From the NCBI GenBank assembly GCA_963674695.2, contig CAXXGI010000003.1:288001-352000 (forward strand): a stretch of 64,000 nt of DNA. Reading direction: 5' to 3'. The translations under genes and the position numbers were made by a program. This DNA comes from a bacterium. GTDB lineage: Bacteria > UBA10199 > 2-02-FULL-44-16 > JAAZCA01. Under the pieces are notes generated by a model. The model ran no database searches and was not told where the DNA came from. It saw nothing but the letters and a program-made list of their open reading frames with translations. This document shows positions 39,200-48,662 of this stretch, in pieces (position 1 is the first letter of the stretch; every line of letters begins with the position of its first letter).

Positions 39200-40522
39200 G
39201 TGGTGATGGGGGTGACGCCGGAACGATTGATTCTCTTCGCCAGCTATCCCACACCGGGAGCGGTGAAGACGCGTCTCATTCCTGCGCTGGGGGCAGAGGG
39301 GGCAGCCCAGCTTCACCGGCAACTCACCTCATCCTGTCTCGAAACCGTTCACACCGTCACCGATGAACACGATATCGATGTTGAAGTGTGCGCGGCAGGC
39401 GCGGATGCTCAGCAGATGGAGGATTGGCTCGGTCCCGATCACCGATACGGTGCGCAGGGGGAGGGTGATCTCGGGGCACGCATGGCGCGTGCGTTTACGA
39501 AAGGGTTTGAGGCGGGAGCTGAGCGCATCGTCATCATCGGATCTGATTGTCCGTTTCTTTCACCATCGCTCATCGCATTGGCATTCGAGGCCCTCACAGC
39601 GCGAGACCTTGTGATCGGACCGACGGTCGATGGCGGTTCCTATCTCATCGGTCTGAGTCGTTTCGTGCCACAGCTCTTTCTCGATATCCCCTGGGGAACG
39701 GAGAAGGTTCTCTCCCGTATGCTCGCCATCGCCCGCAAACGTGGGCTCGAGACCTACCAGCTCGAAGCACTCCCCACCGTCGATCGTTCCGAGGACCTTG
39801 CATTGCTGGCGCGAGCAGGGATGTCACTTCCTCGCTCTGCCGGCGGTCGTCGCCTCTCGATCATCGTGTCGACGTACAACGAGGCGTCGACCATCGGGGG
39901 AACGCTCGCGCGCCTGAGCGAGGCAACGGATGCTGAGATCATCGTCGTCGATGGCGGCAGTCGGGATGGGACGCCCGATATCGTGCAATCGGCGGGCGTG
40001 CGACTGATGCTCAGTGCGCCGGAGCCAACCGAGCAGTTGCGTGCAGGGGCGACCGTCGCCCAGGGAGATATTCTGCTCTTCATGCCCGCCGATACGATGA
40101 TGCCCCGCGGATTCGATGCGATGGTGCGTCAGGCGTTGGGAAAAATGGATGTGGCTGGTGGAGCCTTTGCCTTTCGAACCGATCGAGACGGCATTGGCGT
40201 GCGCGTGATCGAGGCATTGGCCAACATGCGTTCGCGCATCCTGGGTATGCCCGACGGCGGTCAGGCGCTCTTCATTCGGCGCGAGGCCTATGAGGCGGCG
40301 GGCGGAATTCCCGATCTTCCGATCATGGAAGTGTATGAATTGGTGCGACGCCTGAAAAAGCAGGGGAGGGTCGTGACGCTTCCGGAACCGGCGATCACCT
40401 CTGGGCAGCGATGGGAAGGACAAGGATTCTTGCGCACAGCCGTACTCACGCCATTGATGATCCTCGGATATCATCTAGGGGTTTCGCCGGAGCGTTTGGC
40501 GCGTTTGGTTCAGTCGAAATAG
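39200..40522 (+). CDS. Fusion of DUF2064/TIGR04282-type and GT2/TIGR04283-type transferases
   Basis: VKTRL, QGEGDLGARM, IGSDCP in the N-half; VVDGGSRD, GGAFAF, TSGxRW in the C-half. Confidence 0.8.
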   Translation: MVMGVTPERLILFASYPTPGAVKTRLIPALGAEGAAQLHRQLTSSCLETVHTVTDEHDIDVEVCAAGADAQQMEDWLGPDHRYGAQGEGDLGARMARAFTKGFEAGAERIVIIGSDCPFLSPSLIALAFEALTARDLVIGPTVDGGSYLIGLSRFVPQLFLDIPWGTEKVLSRMLAIARKRGLETYQLEALPTVDRSEDLALLARAGMSLPRSAGGRRLSIIVSTYNEASTIGGTLARLSEATDAEIIVVDGGSRDGTPDIVQSAGVRLMLSAPEPTEQLRAGATVAQGDILLFMPADTMMPRGFDAMVRQALGKMDVAGGAFAFRTDRDGIGVRVIEALANMRSRILGMPDGGQALFIRREAYEAAGGIPDLPIMEVYELVRRLKKQGRVVTLPEPAITSGQRWEGQGFLRTAVLTPLMILGYHLGVSPERLARLVQSK

Positions 40523-41190
40523 ACGGGGTAGGTCTGGGCATTGCTCTCTGCATCGGCTTCCGATTCCTCGTCGGTCAGATCCTCTTCATCCTCATCCTCA
40601 TCCTCATCCGCGTCCGCCGGTTCGACATCGACCGTCTCGGTCTCTTCGCATTCCATCGCATAGGTTGCGACGAGTTCATCGACGGTGTCGATGAGATCCA
40701 AAACGGCATCGGAGAGCCCGCAATCGTTTGAGGTGCGGATGTTGTTTGCCACGTCGGTGGTGGCATAGGAGATGTCATACCAGCCAGCGTATTCCATCGT
40801 GCAGATCATGCTTTCATCGAGGGTGAAGTCGATGAGGTCGGAGGTGACGATCCCCTCGAGGACGGCGTCGAAATCTTCCGGTGCGAGCGGTAGCGTCGTG
40901 GTGCAGATCTCCTCGCGCGTCTCCTGATCGTCATCGCGATTGATTACCTGCTGGTGGATCGTGATATTCTGCTCGGCATCGATGGTCACGGTGGTGATGC
41001 CTTCGGCCGCGAGGTCGAAGGTGGGAACGCCGGTCGAGGCGTAGGCGCCGCCCATCTCGATGGTGAGTTCCTGAAAAACGTCTTTTTCCTGGGAGACGGC
41101 CAGACTCAGGTCGGTGCCGGAGTTATTATCACTGCACGCGCCGAGTATGAGACCGCAGAGCACGACGATCATGATGGACTTCACCTTCAT
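40510..41190 (-). CDS. Acidic lipoprotein, paralog of the adjacent gene
   Basis: Lipobox LGAC; SVSQEKDVFQELTI; D/E-rich tail. Confidence 0.75.
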   Translation of the reverse strand: MKVKSIMIVVLCGLILGACSDNNSGTDLSLAVSQEKDVFQELTIEMGGAYASTGVPTFDLAAEGITTVTIDAEQNITIHQQVINRDDDQETREEICTTTLPLAPEDFDAVLEGIVTSDLIDFTLDESMICTMEYAGWYDISYATTDVANNIRTSNDCGLSDAVLDLIDTVDELVATYAMECEETETVDVEPADADEDEDEDEEDLTDEESEADAESNAQTYPVYFD

Positions 41191-41217
41191 ACATCCTCCT
41201 CAGAGTGGTTACCTTCT

Positions 41218-41244
41218 GTATCGCGGAATCGGCGGGAAAGTTGC
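41218..41244 (-). promoter_or_regulatory. Sigma28-like promoter
   Basis: GCAAC-N14-CGCGATAC. Confidence 0.6.
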
Positions 41245-41272
41245 GTGGTTTTTTTTGGCCAGGGGGCCATAT

Positions 41273-41299
41273 AAAAATGGCGCCCAAAGGGGCGCCATT
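41273..41299 (-). terminator. Intrinsic terminator between the two lipoprotein genes
   Basis: AATGGCGCCC-loop-GGGCGCCATT with T-tract on the minus strand. Confidence 0.75.
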
Positions 41300-41320
41300 C
41301 AGAGTGTTCGGAAGGTATCC

Positions 41321-41923
41321 TCAATCATCATCATCATCATCATCATCGCCATCCGGTGGATTCATCAGCGACGGATGGAGGAGTCGCGGCCGGATGATCG
41401 GAATAAGGGTGAGCTGCGGCGTGGCATCATCCGCGGAACAATCCGGAATCAGGTCATCGGCCATCGCGCCCAGCGCTTGGATGATGTCCTCCACGGGGGC
41501 CGCGAGTTCACAGCTGGTCGTAAACTCGTTGAACATGCCGTCCTGGCGACGATAGCTGATGCTCACTTCATCCGCATCCTCGCCTTCCTCGCAATCGGCA
41601 TCCGGGCTGTAGCTAAAGAGTTCGGCGGCGTCGAGCAGGGCCACGATATCGGCGATATCCTCCTCGGTCAGATCAGCGCTGTCGGAGCAGACCGTCGTCA
41701 GACTCCCGTTTTTCTTCTGCTTGATCACGCGCTTGAGCCCACGGTTGACGTCCGCCGTGATCTCCTCGGTCACCGAGCCCGGAAGCTGCTGTGTGATCTC
41801 GAGGGTCTGGAAGACGCCTTCCTCGCTGCTCACCGAAAAATCAGGAAAGGTGATCTCGCCGTCGGCGCAGCCCGCGAAGAGCATGCAAAGAATAATGATG
41901 GGTAGTGTTCGTTTCATAGTCAT
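41321..41923 (-). CDS. Acidic lipoprotein
   Basis: Lipobox FAGC; SVSSEEGVFQTLEI; poly-Asp C-terminus. Confidence 0.75.
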   Translation of the reverse strand: MTMKRTLPIIILCMLFAGCADGEITFPDFSVSSEEGVFQTLEITQQLPGSVTEEITADVNRGLKRVIKQKKNGSLTTVCSDSADLTEEDIADIVALLDAAELFSYSPDADCEEGEDADEVSISYRRQDGMFNEFTTSCELAAPVEDIIQALGAMADDLIPDCSADDATPQLTLIPIIRPRLLHPSLMNPPDGDDDDDDDD

Positions 41924-41939
41924 TTCTCCCTCACTCCTA

Positions 41940-41966
41940 TTTTCGGCAGATTTCGGTAGATGTTGC
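41940..41966 (-). promoter_or_regulatory. Sigma28-like promoter
   Basis: GCAAC-N14-GCCGAAAA. Confidence 0.65.
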
Positions 41967-42040
41967 GTACCTTTTTCAACTAAATTGAATTGTCCCTTTT
42001 CGGGTGTACGGGGAGCTCTTCGTCCGATTCATAATAAGGA

Positions 42041-42067
42041 GCAACTCTTTTCGTGTTCTGCCGATAA
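42041..42067 (+). promoter_or_regulatory. Sigma28-like promoter
   Basis: GCAAC-N14-GCCGATAA (perfect FliA -10). Confidence 0.7.
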
Positions 42068-42091
42068 CAAGGAATAGAGAAAGGGGTTTCT

Positions 42092-43270
42092 ATGATTCCG
42101 ATTATCGTTCTGGGGCTGGCCTTCCTTGCTGGATGCGGATCTGCTGTGGTTGAATCCGAGAAAAAAAAGGACCAGAAACCGGAGGATAAGGGTGGCGAGC
42201 CTTCGGGCGAGCCTTCGATCGAAGCGCTCGCTCCGTTCGAGGCCCAGCGTGTCTGTCCTGAAGAGAGTGACGATTCCTCTGTCGTTGAGAACGGTGAGAG
42301 TTTCTCGGCGTTGAGCGACGACTCCGGCTATGCGTGCGTCGTCCATCGGTGGGATCGGGATGCCGATCAAACATCGGTTCGGGCACAGGTGCATCGTTTT
42401 GGTGAACGGGCGCCGATCTGGACGCAGGAACCGTTCGATCTCAATGTTTTGTTTCCAAAGGTCAATATTCACGGGGAAGAGGGAAGGATGATGCTGACCT
42501 ATCACGATGGGACGAATCAGGTGATCCATCACATCGCGCCGGAGGAGGAACGCATCGTGATGGACGAGGTGTCCGGATGTGTGGTCAGTGCGGACGGAAC
42601 GCTCGGGGTGATGGTTCGAGATGATAAACGGCAGGCCTTCGACCCGGCCGAACCGGATGTGGATAGCGTCTGTCGATTCGATGCCGAGGAGGTTGGACTC
42701 ATCAAGGGCCTCGCCAATGACGGCACGTTGCTCTTGGGCGGGATCCGGCTGGTGACGGATGTGCCCAACGCGACGCTCGATGAGTTTTTGGACTCCTATT
42801 ATGTCGTCGAGGATTCCTATCTCTCGAATTCCTGTTCGGGCGAGAACCGGATGATCGCCGATTCGCGTCGTTGGCCCTGTATGGAGATGCAGCGCATCTC
42901 CGACGACGGGAGCACGATCGCCATCACCAACGCCTGTGATCCGCACCTGCTCGTTGTCGATGGGGAGGCGTCAGTCCTGGCCGTTCCGCCGGAGGGAGCC
43001 GAGTATCTGCATCCCCTCGGGATGAGCGCAAACGGCCGGACGATCTGTTTTGCGACGGCGGGGGACTACCTGCTCTACGATGCGGTCGATGCGCGCTGGA
43101 CGAACGTCCGCGGGCGTTTCCCGCTGGCGCTCGATTCCGACAGCATCCTCACGGTGGCGTGCGAGGTGGCCAGCCTCGATGGCGTCGAGGGGGCGCTCTA
43201 TTTCGCGGACTCCGAAGCGGGGATGCATTTCATCTATCGCGCGGATCTTCGGGATGTTTGGGAGCGCTAG
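42092..43270 (+). CDS. Lipoprotein, possibly beta-propeller-like
   Basis: Lipobox LAGC; recurring (I/L/M/V)SxDG-type blade motifs (LSDDSG, VSADG, ISDDG, MSANG). Confidence 0.7.
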   Translation: MIPIIVLGLAFLAGCGSAVVESEKKKDQKPEDKGGEPSGEPSIEALAPFEAQRVCPEESDDSSVVENGESFSALSDDSGYACVVHRWDRDADQTSVRAQVHRFGERAPIWTQEPFDLNVLFPKVNIHGEEGRMMLTYHDGTNQVIHHIAPEEERIVMDEVSGCVVSADGTLGVMVRDDKRQAFDPAEPDVDSVCRFDAEEVGLIKGLANDGTLLLGGIRLVTDVPNATLDEFLDSYYVVEDSYLSNSCSGENRMIADSRRWPCMEMQRISDDGSTIAITNACDPHLLVVDGEASVLAVPPEGAEYLHPLGMSANGRTICFATAGDYLLYDAVDARWTNVRGRFPLALDSDSILTVACEVASLDGVEGALYFADSEAGMHFIYRADLRDVWER

Positions 43271-43288
43271 CGGTCCGTTCGGGGATTC

Positions 43289-44713
43289 CTACACTTCCAT
43301 CACCTTCATCATATTGGCCGCACCCGGGGCGGTGTCCGAACCGCAGACGATGACGGCTTTCTGACCCCGCCGGATGCGCTTCGCGCACAGTGCCGCATCG
43401 ACTCCCTTGGCGATCATCGTGTCGATCGACTTCCATGTGCGCAGGTGGAGTGGGGTGGTGCCCCAGAGCAGACAGGTGCGCCGGGCGGCGTCGGCGTCGT
43501 GCGTGAGCGCGATGATCTCGACCGACGGGCGTTGTTTGGCGAGCAATACCGCCGATCGGCCGGTGATCGTGAAGACGAGCAAGGCCTGGGCATTGGCGTC
43601 TTCGGCGGCAAAACAGGCCGCGCGCGCGGTGGCAATCGCGGGGCATTCGTAGGAGACATCCGGCTCGAAGGTGCCCAGGTGCAGGTAGGGGCTCTCTTCC
43701 GCGGCGGCGACGATTCGCGCGAGCGTGGCCACGGCCAGAACGGGATCGCGTCCGACCGAGGTCTCCGCGGAGAGCATCACGCAATCGGCGCCGTCGAAGA
43801 CGGCATTGGCGGCATCCGATGCCTCCGCGCGCGTCGGGCGCGCCTCGTGTACCATGCTCTCGAGCATCTGGGTGGCGACGATCGAGGGTTTGCGCAGCCC
43901 TTCGGCCTCGGTCAGGATCTGTTTCTGGATGATCGGTACGCGTTCGAGCGGAATCTCCACGCCCAGGTCGCCGCGCGCGACCATCACCGCATCGGCTTCC
44001 CTCATGATCGCCTCGAAGTGGTCGATGGCGGTCTGGCGTTCGATCTTGGCGATGATCGGGACGATGCGCTTCTCGCGACGCATGATGCGGCGAACCTTTT
44101 GGATGTCCTCGGGACGCTGCGCAAAAGAGACGCCGACGAAATCGACGCCGTGGCGCAGCGCGAAGCGCAGGTCTTGCTCATCCTTCTTCGTGATGGCGGA
44201 TGTTGCCAACGCCACACCGGGGAGATTGATTCCCTTGTGTTCGCGCAGAGGGCCGCCGTCGACGACGGTCGCCGCGATGCGTTTTTCGGAGATCTTCGTT
44301 ACCCGCACGGAGAGCAGGCCATCGTCGATGAGCATCGTGTCGCCCGCCGTGAGATCGCCGGCGAGGTTCGGAAAGGTGACGGGAATTTCACCGGCCTTCG
44401 CGGTGGTTTCAGGCGCGAAGATGACCGTCGATTTTGGTTTGAGATCGATCGGTAGTCCCTGCGGCAATTTCCCGACGCGGATCTTGGGACCACCCAGATC
44501 GACGTGAATCGCCACCGGGCGAGAGGTGGTTTTTTCGGCCTGACGGATGCGGCGGATATTCTCCGCATGCTGCTCATGATCGCCGTGCGACATGTTGAGC
44601 CGGGCGATGTCCATGCCGGCTCGAATCATGCGCTGCAGCGTCTTGGGAGCGCGGCTCGCGGGGCCCACGGTGGCCATGATCTTGGTCTTGTTTCGATGGG
44701 TTGCTGTTTTCAT
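43289..44713 (-). CDS. pyk: Pyruvate kinase
   Basis: TKIMATVGP, ARLNMSHG, AKIE, VMVARGDLGVE, ATQMLESM, PTRAE. Confidence 0.97.
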   Translation of the reverse strand: MKTATHRNKTKIMATVGPASRAPKTLQRMIRAGMDIARLNMSHGDHEQHAENIRRIRQAEKTTSRPVAIHVDLGGPKIRVGKLPQGLPIDLKPKSTVIFAPETTAKAGEIPVTFPNLAGDLTAGDTMLIDDGLLSVRVTKISEKRIAATVVDGGPLREHKGINLPGVALATSAITKKDEQDLRFALRHGVDFVGVSFAQRPEDIQKVRRIMRREKRIVPIIAKIERQTAIDHFEAIMREADAVMVARGDLGVEIPLERVPIIQKQILTEAEGLRKPSIVATQMLESMVHEARPTRAEASDAANAVFDGADCVMLSAETSVGRDPVLAVATLARIVAAAEESPYLHLGTFEPDVSYECPAIATARAACFAAEDANAQALLVFTITGRSAVLLAKQRPSVEIIALTHDADAARRTCLLWGTTPLHLRTWKSIDTMIAKGVDAALCAKRIRRGQKAVIVCGSDTAPGAANMMKVMEV

Positions 44714-44816
44714 GATTCGATTTCTATCAGATACGGTCGGTCGGTGCATCCCCCTTTTTCCGTGGTTGTTCAGCGGAGTCAAATACGGTATGCAGGCATA
44801 CAGAAAGGGAGGAACT

Positions 44817-45326
44817 ATGGACGTCTTGGAAGCCATTCGCACGCGTCACAGCATTCGGGCCTATACCGATCAAGAGGTTCCCGAGACAACGATTCAGGAA
44901 CTCCTCGAAGCGGCCATGTGTGCGCCATCGGCGGGAAACGCCCGGCCGTGGCACTTCGTGGTCATGCGCGATCGAGCGGTCCTCGATGCCGTTCCGAGTT
45001 TTCATCCGTATGCGAAGATGATGCTCCAGAGCAACGCGGCCATCCTCGTCTGTGGAGATGCCGGCAACGAGCGCTTCGGTCCCTATTGGGTGCAGGATTG
45101 CGCAGCGGCGATAGAGAACATGCTGCTCGCGGCGCATGGGCGCGGCTTGGGCGCGGTCTGGCTGGGGCTGCATCCACGCAAGGAGCGCAAAGCGAAGATG
45201 CGCGAGCTGGTGGGAATGCCCGAGGAGATGCATTCGCTGGGGATTGTCTGTCTGGGGTATCCGAAAGAAACAAAGGATGCGGGCGATCGCTACGATTCGA
45301 CGCGCGTGCATCTCAATCGGTGGTGA
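44817..45326 (+). CDS. Nitroreductase family protein
   Basis: RHSIRAY, APSAGNARPWHF, DCAAAIENMLLAA. Confidence 0.92.
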   Translation: MDVLEAIRTRHSIRAYTDQEVPETTIQELLEAAMCAPSAGNARPWHFVVMRDRAVLDAVPSFHPYAKMMLQSNAAILVCGDAGNERFGPYWVQDCAAAIENMLLAAHGRGLGAVWLGLHPRKERKAKMRELVGMPEEMHSLGIVCLGYPKETKDAGDRYDSTRVHLNRW

Positions 45327-45346
45327 TGAGGGAGAAGGAGAGAACC

Positions 45347-45598
45347 ATGGCAGATCTCGTTGAACTCAAGACGTTCAACTCGCGGGCGGAAGCGGAGATG
45401 GCAAAGGCCTACCTCGAGGCTGAGGGGATTGAAACGATGGTGCAGGCCGACGATTGCGGTGGCATGCGTCCCTTCATGCTCACCGGCGCCGGGGGTGTGC
45501 GCCTGATGGTGCATGAGGAGGATGCCGGTCGTGCGCTGCTCATCCTCGAGGCCGTGGCCGCCGATCCCGGCGATGCATGGAAAGAGGGGGCAGAGTGA
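45347..45598 (+). CDS. DUF2007-like small protein
   Basis: EAEMAKAYLEAEGIE, VRLMVHEEDA..A; AGGAG SD. Confidence 0.75.
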   Translation: MADLVELKTFNSRAEAEMAKAYLEAEGIETMVQADDCGGMRPFMLTGAGGVRLMVHEEDAGRALLILEAVAADPGDAWKEGAE

Positions 45599-46626
45599 CG
45601 CGCGCCAAGGGGACAAAGCGATCGCGCATGGGCCTGCGCCAGACCGAAGAGGCCATCAAGTTCATCAAGGATCGCTTCGAACACAAACTCGCTCGCACAC
45701 TCCATCTCACGCGCGTCTCCGCGCCGCTGGCGGTTCTTGCGAACTCCGGCATCAACGATCACTTAAACGGCGTGGAGAAACCGGCATCCTTTCGCATCAA
45801 GGCGATGGGGGAGACCGCCGAGATCGTCCAGTCGTTGGCCAAGTGGAAGCGCCAGGCGCTGGGTGTATACGGATTTCGCGCGGGCGAAGGGCTCTATACG
45901 GATATGAATGCTGTTCGGCCCGATGAGGAGCTCGACGCCCTGCACTCGTTCTATGTCGACCAGTGGGATTGGGAAGTCGTCATCGGGAAACGCGAGCGTC
46001 ATCTCAAGACGCTCACGGCAGCGGCCACCTCGATCTATCGCATCGTGCGCACGATGGAGCGCGAGACCTGTCGGCGCTATCCGAAGCTCGGTGTTCCCGC
46101 TCTCCCGTCGCGCATGCGTTTCATCCAGAGTGAGGAACTCCTGAAGCGCTATCCGCATCTCGATCCTCGGGCGCGGGAAGATGCCATCTGCCGCGAGTGG
46201 GGGGCGGTCTTCATCATCGGCATCGGGGCGAAGCTCTCCGATGGCCGCATGCACGATGGGCGTGCCGCGGATTACGACGACTGGTCGACGGAAACCGAAG
46301 CGGGTTATCGAGGGCTCAACGGCGATATCCTCGTTTGGAACCCGGTTCTCAAGCGCGCCTTCGAGCTCTCCTCCATGGGCATCCGTGTGGATGCGGCCGC
46401 GCTCAAAGAACAGCTGCGCATTCGGCGCGAGCAGAAAAACGCCGCGTTGCCATTTCACCGCGCGCTGCTGTCAGGAAAACTTCCGCTCACCATGGGCGGG
46501 GGCATCGGGCAGTCGCGCTTGTGTATGTTTTTCCTGCGCTGTCGCCATATCGGCGAGGTCCAGGCCGGCATCTGGCCGGCCGCGATGCGGCGCCGCTGTC
46601 ACGCGCAAGGGATCGCGCTCCTGTGA
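45595..46626 (+). CDS. asnA: Aspartate--ammonia ligase
   Basis: SLAKWKR, HSFYVDQWDWE, HDGRAADYDDW, GGGIGQSR; start uncertain (45595/45628). Confidence 0.96.
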   Translation: MTRAKGTKRSRMGLRQTEEAIKFIKDRFEHKLARTLHLTRVSAPLAVLANSGINDHLNGVEKPASFRIKAMGETAEIVQSLAKWKRQALGVYGFRAGEGLYTDMNAVRPDEELDALHSFYVDQWDWEVVIGKRERHLKTLTAAATSIYRIVRTMERETCRRYPKLGVPALPSRMRFIQSEELLKRYPHLDPRAREDAICREWGAVFIIGIGAKLSDGRMHDGRAADYDDWSTETEAGYRGLNGDILVWNPVLKRAFELSSMGIRVDAAALKEQLRIRREQKNAALPFHRALLSGKLPLTMGGGIGQSRLCMFFLRCRHIGEVQAGIWPAAMRRRCHAQGIALL

Positions 46627-46642
46627 TAAAGGATAGTTACTC

Positions 46643-47539
46643 ATGACCTTTCATTCCGGATATGCGGCGCTCGTGGGGCGCCCCAACGTCGGCAAGTCGA
46701 CGCTCATCAACGCGATTCTCGGCGAGGCTCTGGCCATCGTCACGCCGAAGGCACAGACCACGCGTCATCGCATCGTGGGGATTCTCAACGTGCCCGAAGC
46801 GCAGGTCGTCTTCCTCGACACGCCCGGGTATCATCGCTCGGGAAAGCTCCTCAATCGTTCGATGAACGATATCGTCGATGCGGTCATCGACGACGCCGAC
46901 GTGATCTGTCTGATGGTGGATGCGACCGACGACGATCCGAGCATGGAGCGCACGCTCTTCGATCGCATCGGCGCCGAGCGCTGTGTGATTGTCGTCAACA
47001 AGGCCGATCTGGTCAAACGCGAGCGCTTCGATGCTCTCGCGGCGCGTTTTCGCGACGAATGGAAGGCGAAAGAGATGATCATCCTCTCCGCGCTCAAGAA
47101 CGAGGGCGTGATGACGCTCATCGACGCGATCGTCAAGCGCCTGCCGGAGGGAGAACCCTTCTATCCGACGGACATCTACGCCGACCACCCGGTGCGCTTT
47201 CTCGCGGCGGAACTCATTCGGGAACAGGTCTTTTTGCAGATGCAGCAGGAGATCCCCTACGCCGCCGCCGTCGAGATCGAGTCGTTCACGGATGCGACCG
47301 ACGATGATCCCATCACGCGCATCCATGCGGCGATCATCGTCGAGCGCGATACGCAGAAGGGGATGGTCGTGGGCAAGGGCGGAACTCGCATCAAGGCGAT
47401 TGGGCAGCGCTCGCGCCTCAAGATCGAAGCGCTCGTCGGCGGAAAGGTCTTTCTCGACCTTCGTGTGCGTGTGGAAAAGGATTGGACCAAGGATTCCGAG
47501 GCGATTCGAAAGTTCGGGTATGCGCGTCAGCTGGACTAA
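46643..47539 (+). CDS. era: GTPase Era
   Basis: GRPNVGKST, QTTR, DTPG, NKxD, EIPY, KH domain. Confidence 0.97.
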   Translation: MTFHSGYAALVGRPNVGKSTLINAILGEALAIVTPKAQTTRHRIVGILNVPEAQVVFLDTPGYHRSGKLLNRSMNDIVDAVIDDADVICLMVDATDDDPSMERTLFDRIGAERCVIVVNKADLVKRERFDALAARFRDEWKAKEMIILSALKNEGVMTLIDAIVKRLPEGEPFYPTDIYADHPVRFLAAELIREQVFLQMQQEIPYAAAVEIESFTDATDDDPITRIHAAIIVERDTQKGMVVGKGGTRIKAIGQRSRLKIEALVGGKVFLDLRVRVEKDWTKDSEAIRKFGYARQLD

Positions 47540-48558
47540 CGTTCCTCTTCTGTTTTCTTCTCTCGATCCAATATCTCGAGTATCGCGACGCCGGCACGGT
47601 AGGGCGCTTGTGAAGAGAGGTAATCGGAAAGTTTCTCCTCATAGATCGTATCGCGTTTACTGCGAATCGTGCCGTGACGAATGACGGGTTCAAGGCAGGC
47701 CTTTTCCTGATCCCCATTCGGCGCGAGCAATAGCGCGACGTGTGAGATGATCACTCCTGCAGCATGGGCGCGCGATTCGGGAAGGGCGAATGCCAGGATC
47801 GATGCCTCGGGAAGGCGGGCGACCATTTCTTCATTCAGGATGCGGTGCTGGCCATCGACGAACCAGGCGGACATGGGGATGATCTCCACGGCGGTTGCTT
47901 CCGGTTCCATCAACTCGAGACGATCGAACTGCTTGAAGATTTCGGTTTTCTGATCGATGGTCAAGTCGGTGCGTTGGCCGATCCATTTCGCGCGATCGAT
48001 CGTGCTACGGATCGTTTCGGTCTTGTCTTCACCGACCCAGCTGGTGACGTCCTGCACGAACCCGCGCATCTCGTTCGTTGCCATCCAGTCGGCGGAAAAA
48101 AAGTGGAGTCGCCCGCCATAGATGCCTCGTCCATCCTCATGATAGCGGATGGTGGTCAGCGCCTCCTGGAAATCGGAGAAAGTGGTGCTCAATGAAAGCG
48201 CCATGACGTGTTCGATAAAGGTGACGCAGTCATGCCCGTCGAAGCGAAACATCGGATCGGTATCGATGGAAGCGCCTTCGCCTTCACCCGTGGCATCGAG
48301 CAGAAAGGGGAGGTCGAGAAAACGGCGGCTGATGCAGTCGATGCGCGGTGTGGGCGCAAACGCATGGATGCGAGAGAGCGTTTCCTCGAAGGTATTCTGA
48401 TCGTTCGGATCGAAGGCGCAGCCGGTCTGCTCGGGACGGCAGAGATCGACCGATGTCGCCATCGACATCATCGGAGACGCGTCGATGCATTCCGGGTGCG
48501 ACATCACTCGGCATTCCCATCGATCGGGGGATGGGCTGATCGGGATATCCTTTGCCAT
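47536..48558 (-). CDS. DUF1460-type NlpC/P60 superfamily amidase-like protein
   Basis: FLDLPF, FDGHDCVTFIEHVMAL, IRY, RLHFF, ISHVALL, IRH. Confidence 0.75.
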   Translation of the reverse strand: MAKDIPISPSPDRWECRVMSHPECIDASPMMSMATSVDLCRPEQTGCAFDPNDQNTFEETLSRIHAFAPTPRIDCISRRFLDLPFLLDATGEGEGASIDTDPMFRFDGHDCVTFIEHVMALSLSTTFSDFQEALTTIRYHEDGRGIYGGRLHFFSADWMATNEMRGFVQDVTSWVGEDKTETIRSTIDRAKWIGQRTDLTIDQKTEIFKQFDRLELMEPEATAVEIIPMSAWFVDGQHRILNEEMVARLPEASILAFALPESRAHAAGVIISHVALLLAPNGDQEKACLEPVIRHGTIRSKRDTIYEEKLSDYLSSQAPYRAGVAILEILDREKKTEEER

Positions 48559-48567
48559 GATACCCTC

Positions 48568-48594
48568 TTATCGGATTTTCTCCGAAAAAGGTGC
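48568..48594 (-). promoter_or_regulatory. Sigma28-like promoter
   Basis: GCACC-N14-TCCGATAA. Confidence 0.55.
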
Positions 48595-48662
48595 GTAAAA
48601 AATGGGGGTGCTGTTTGTCGATTGCATCGACATCAATCCGTGTGATATCGGTGGGTTGGAGG

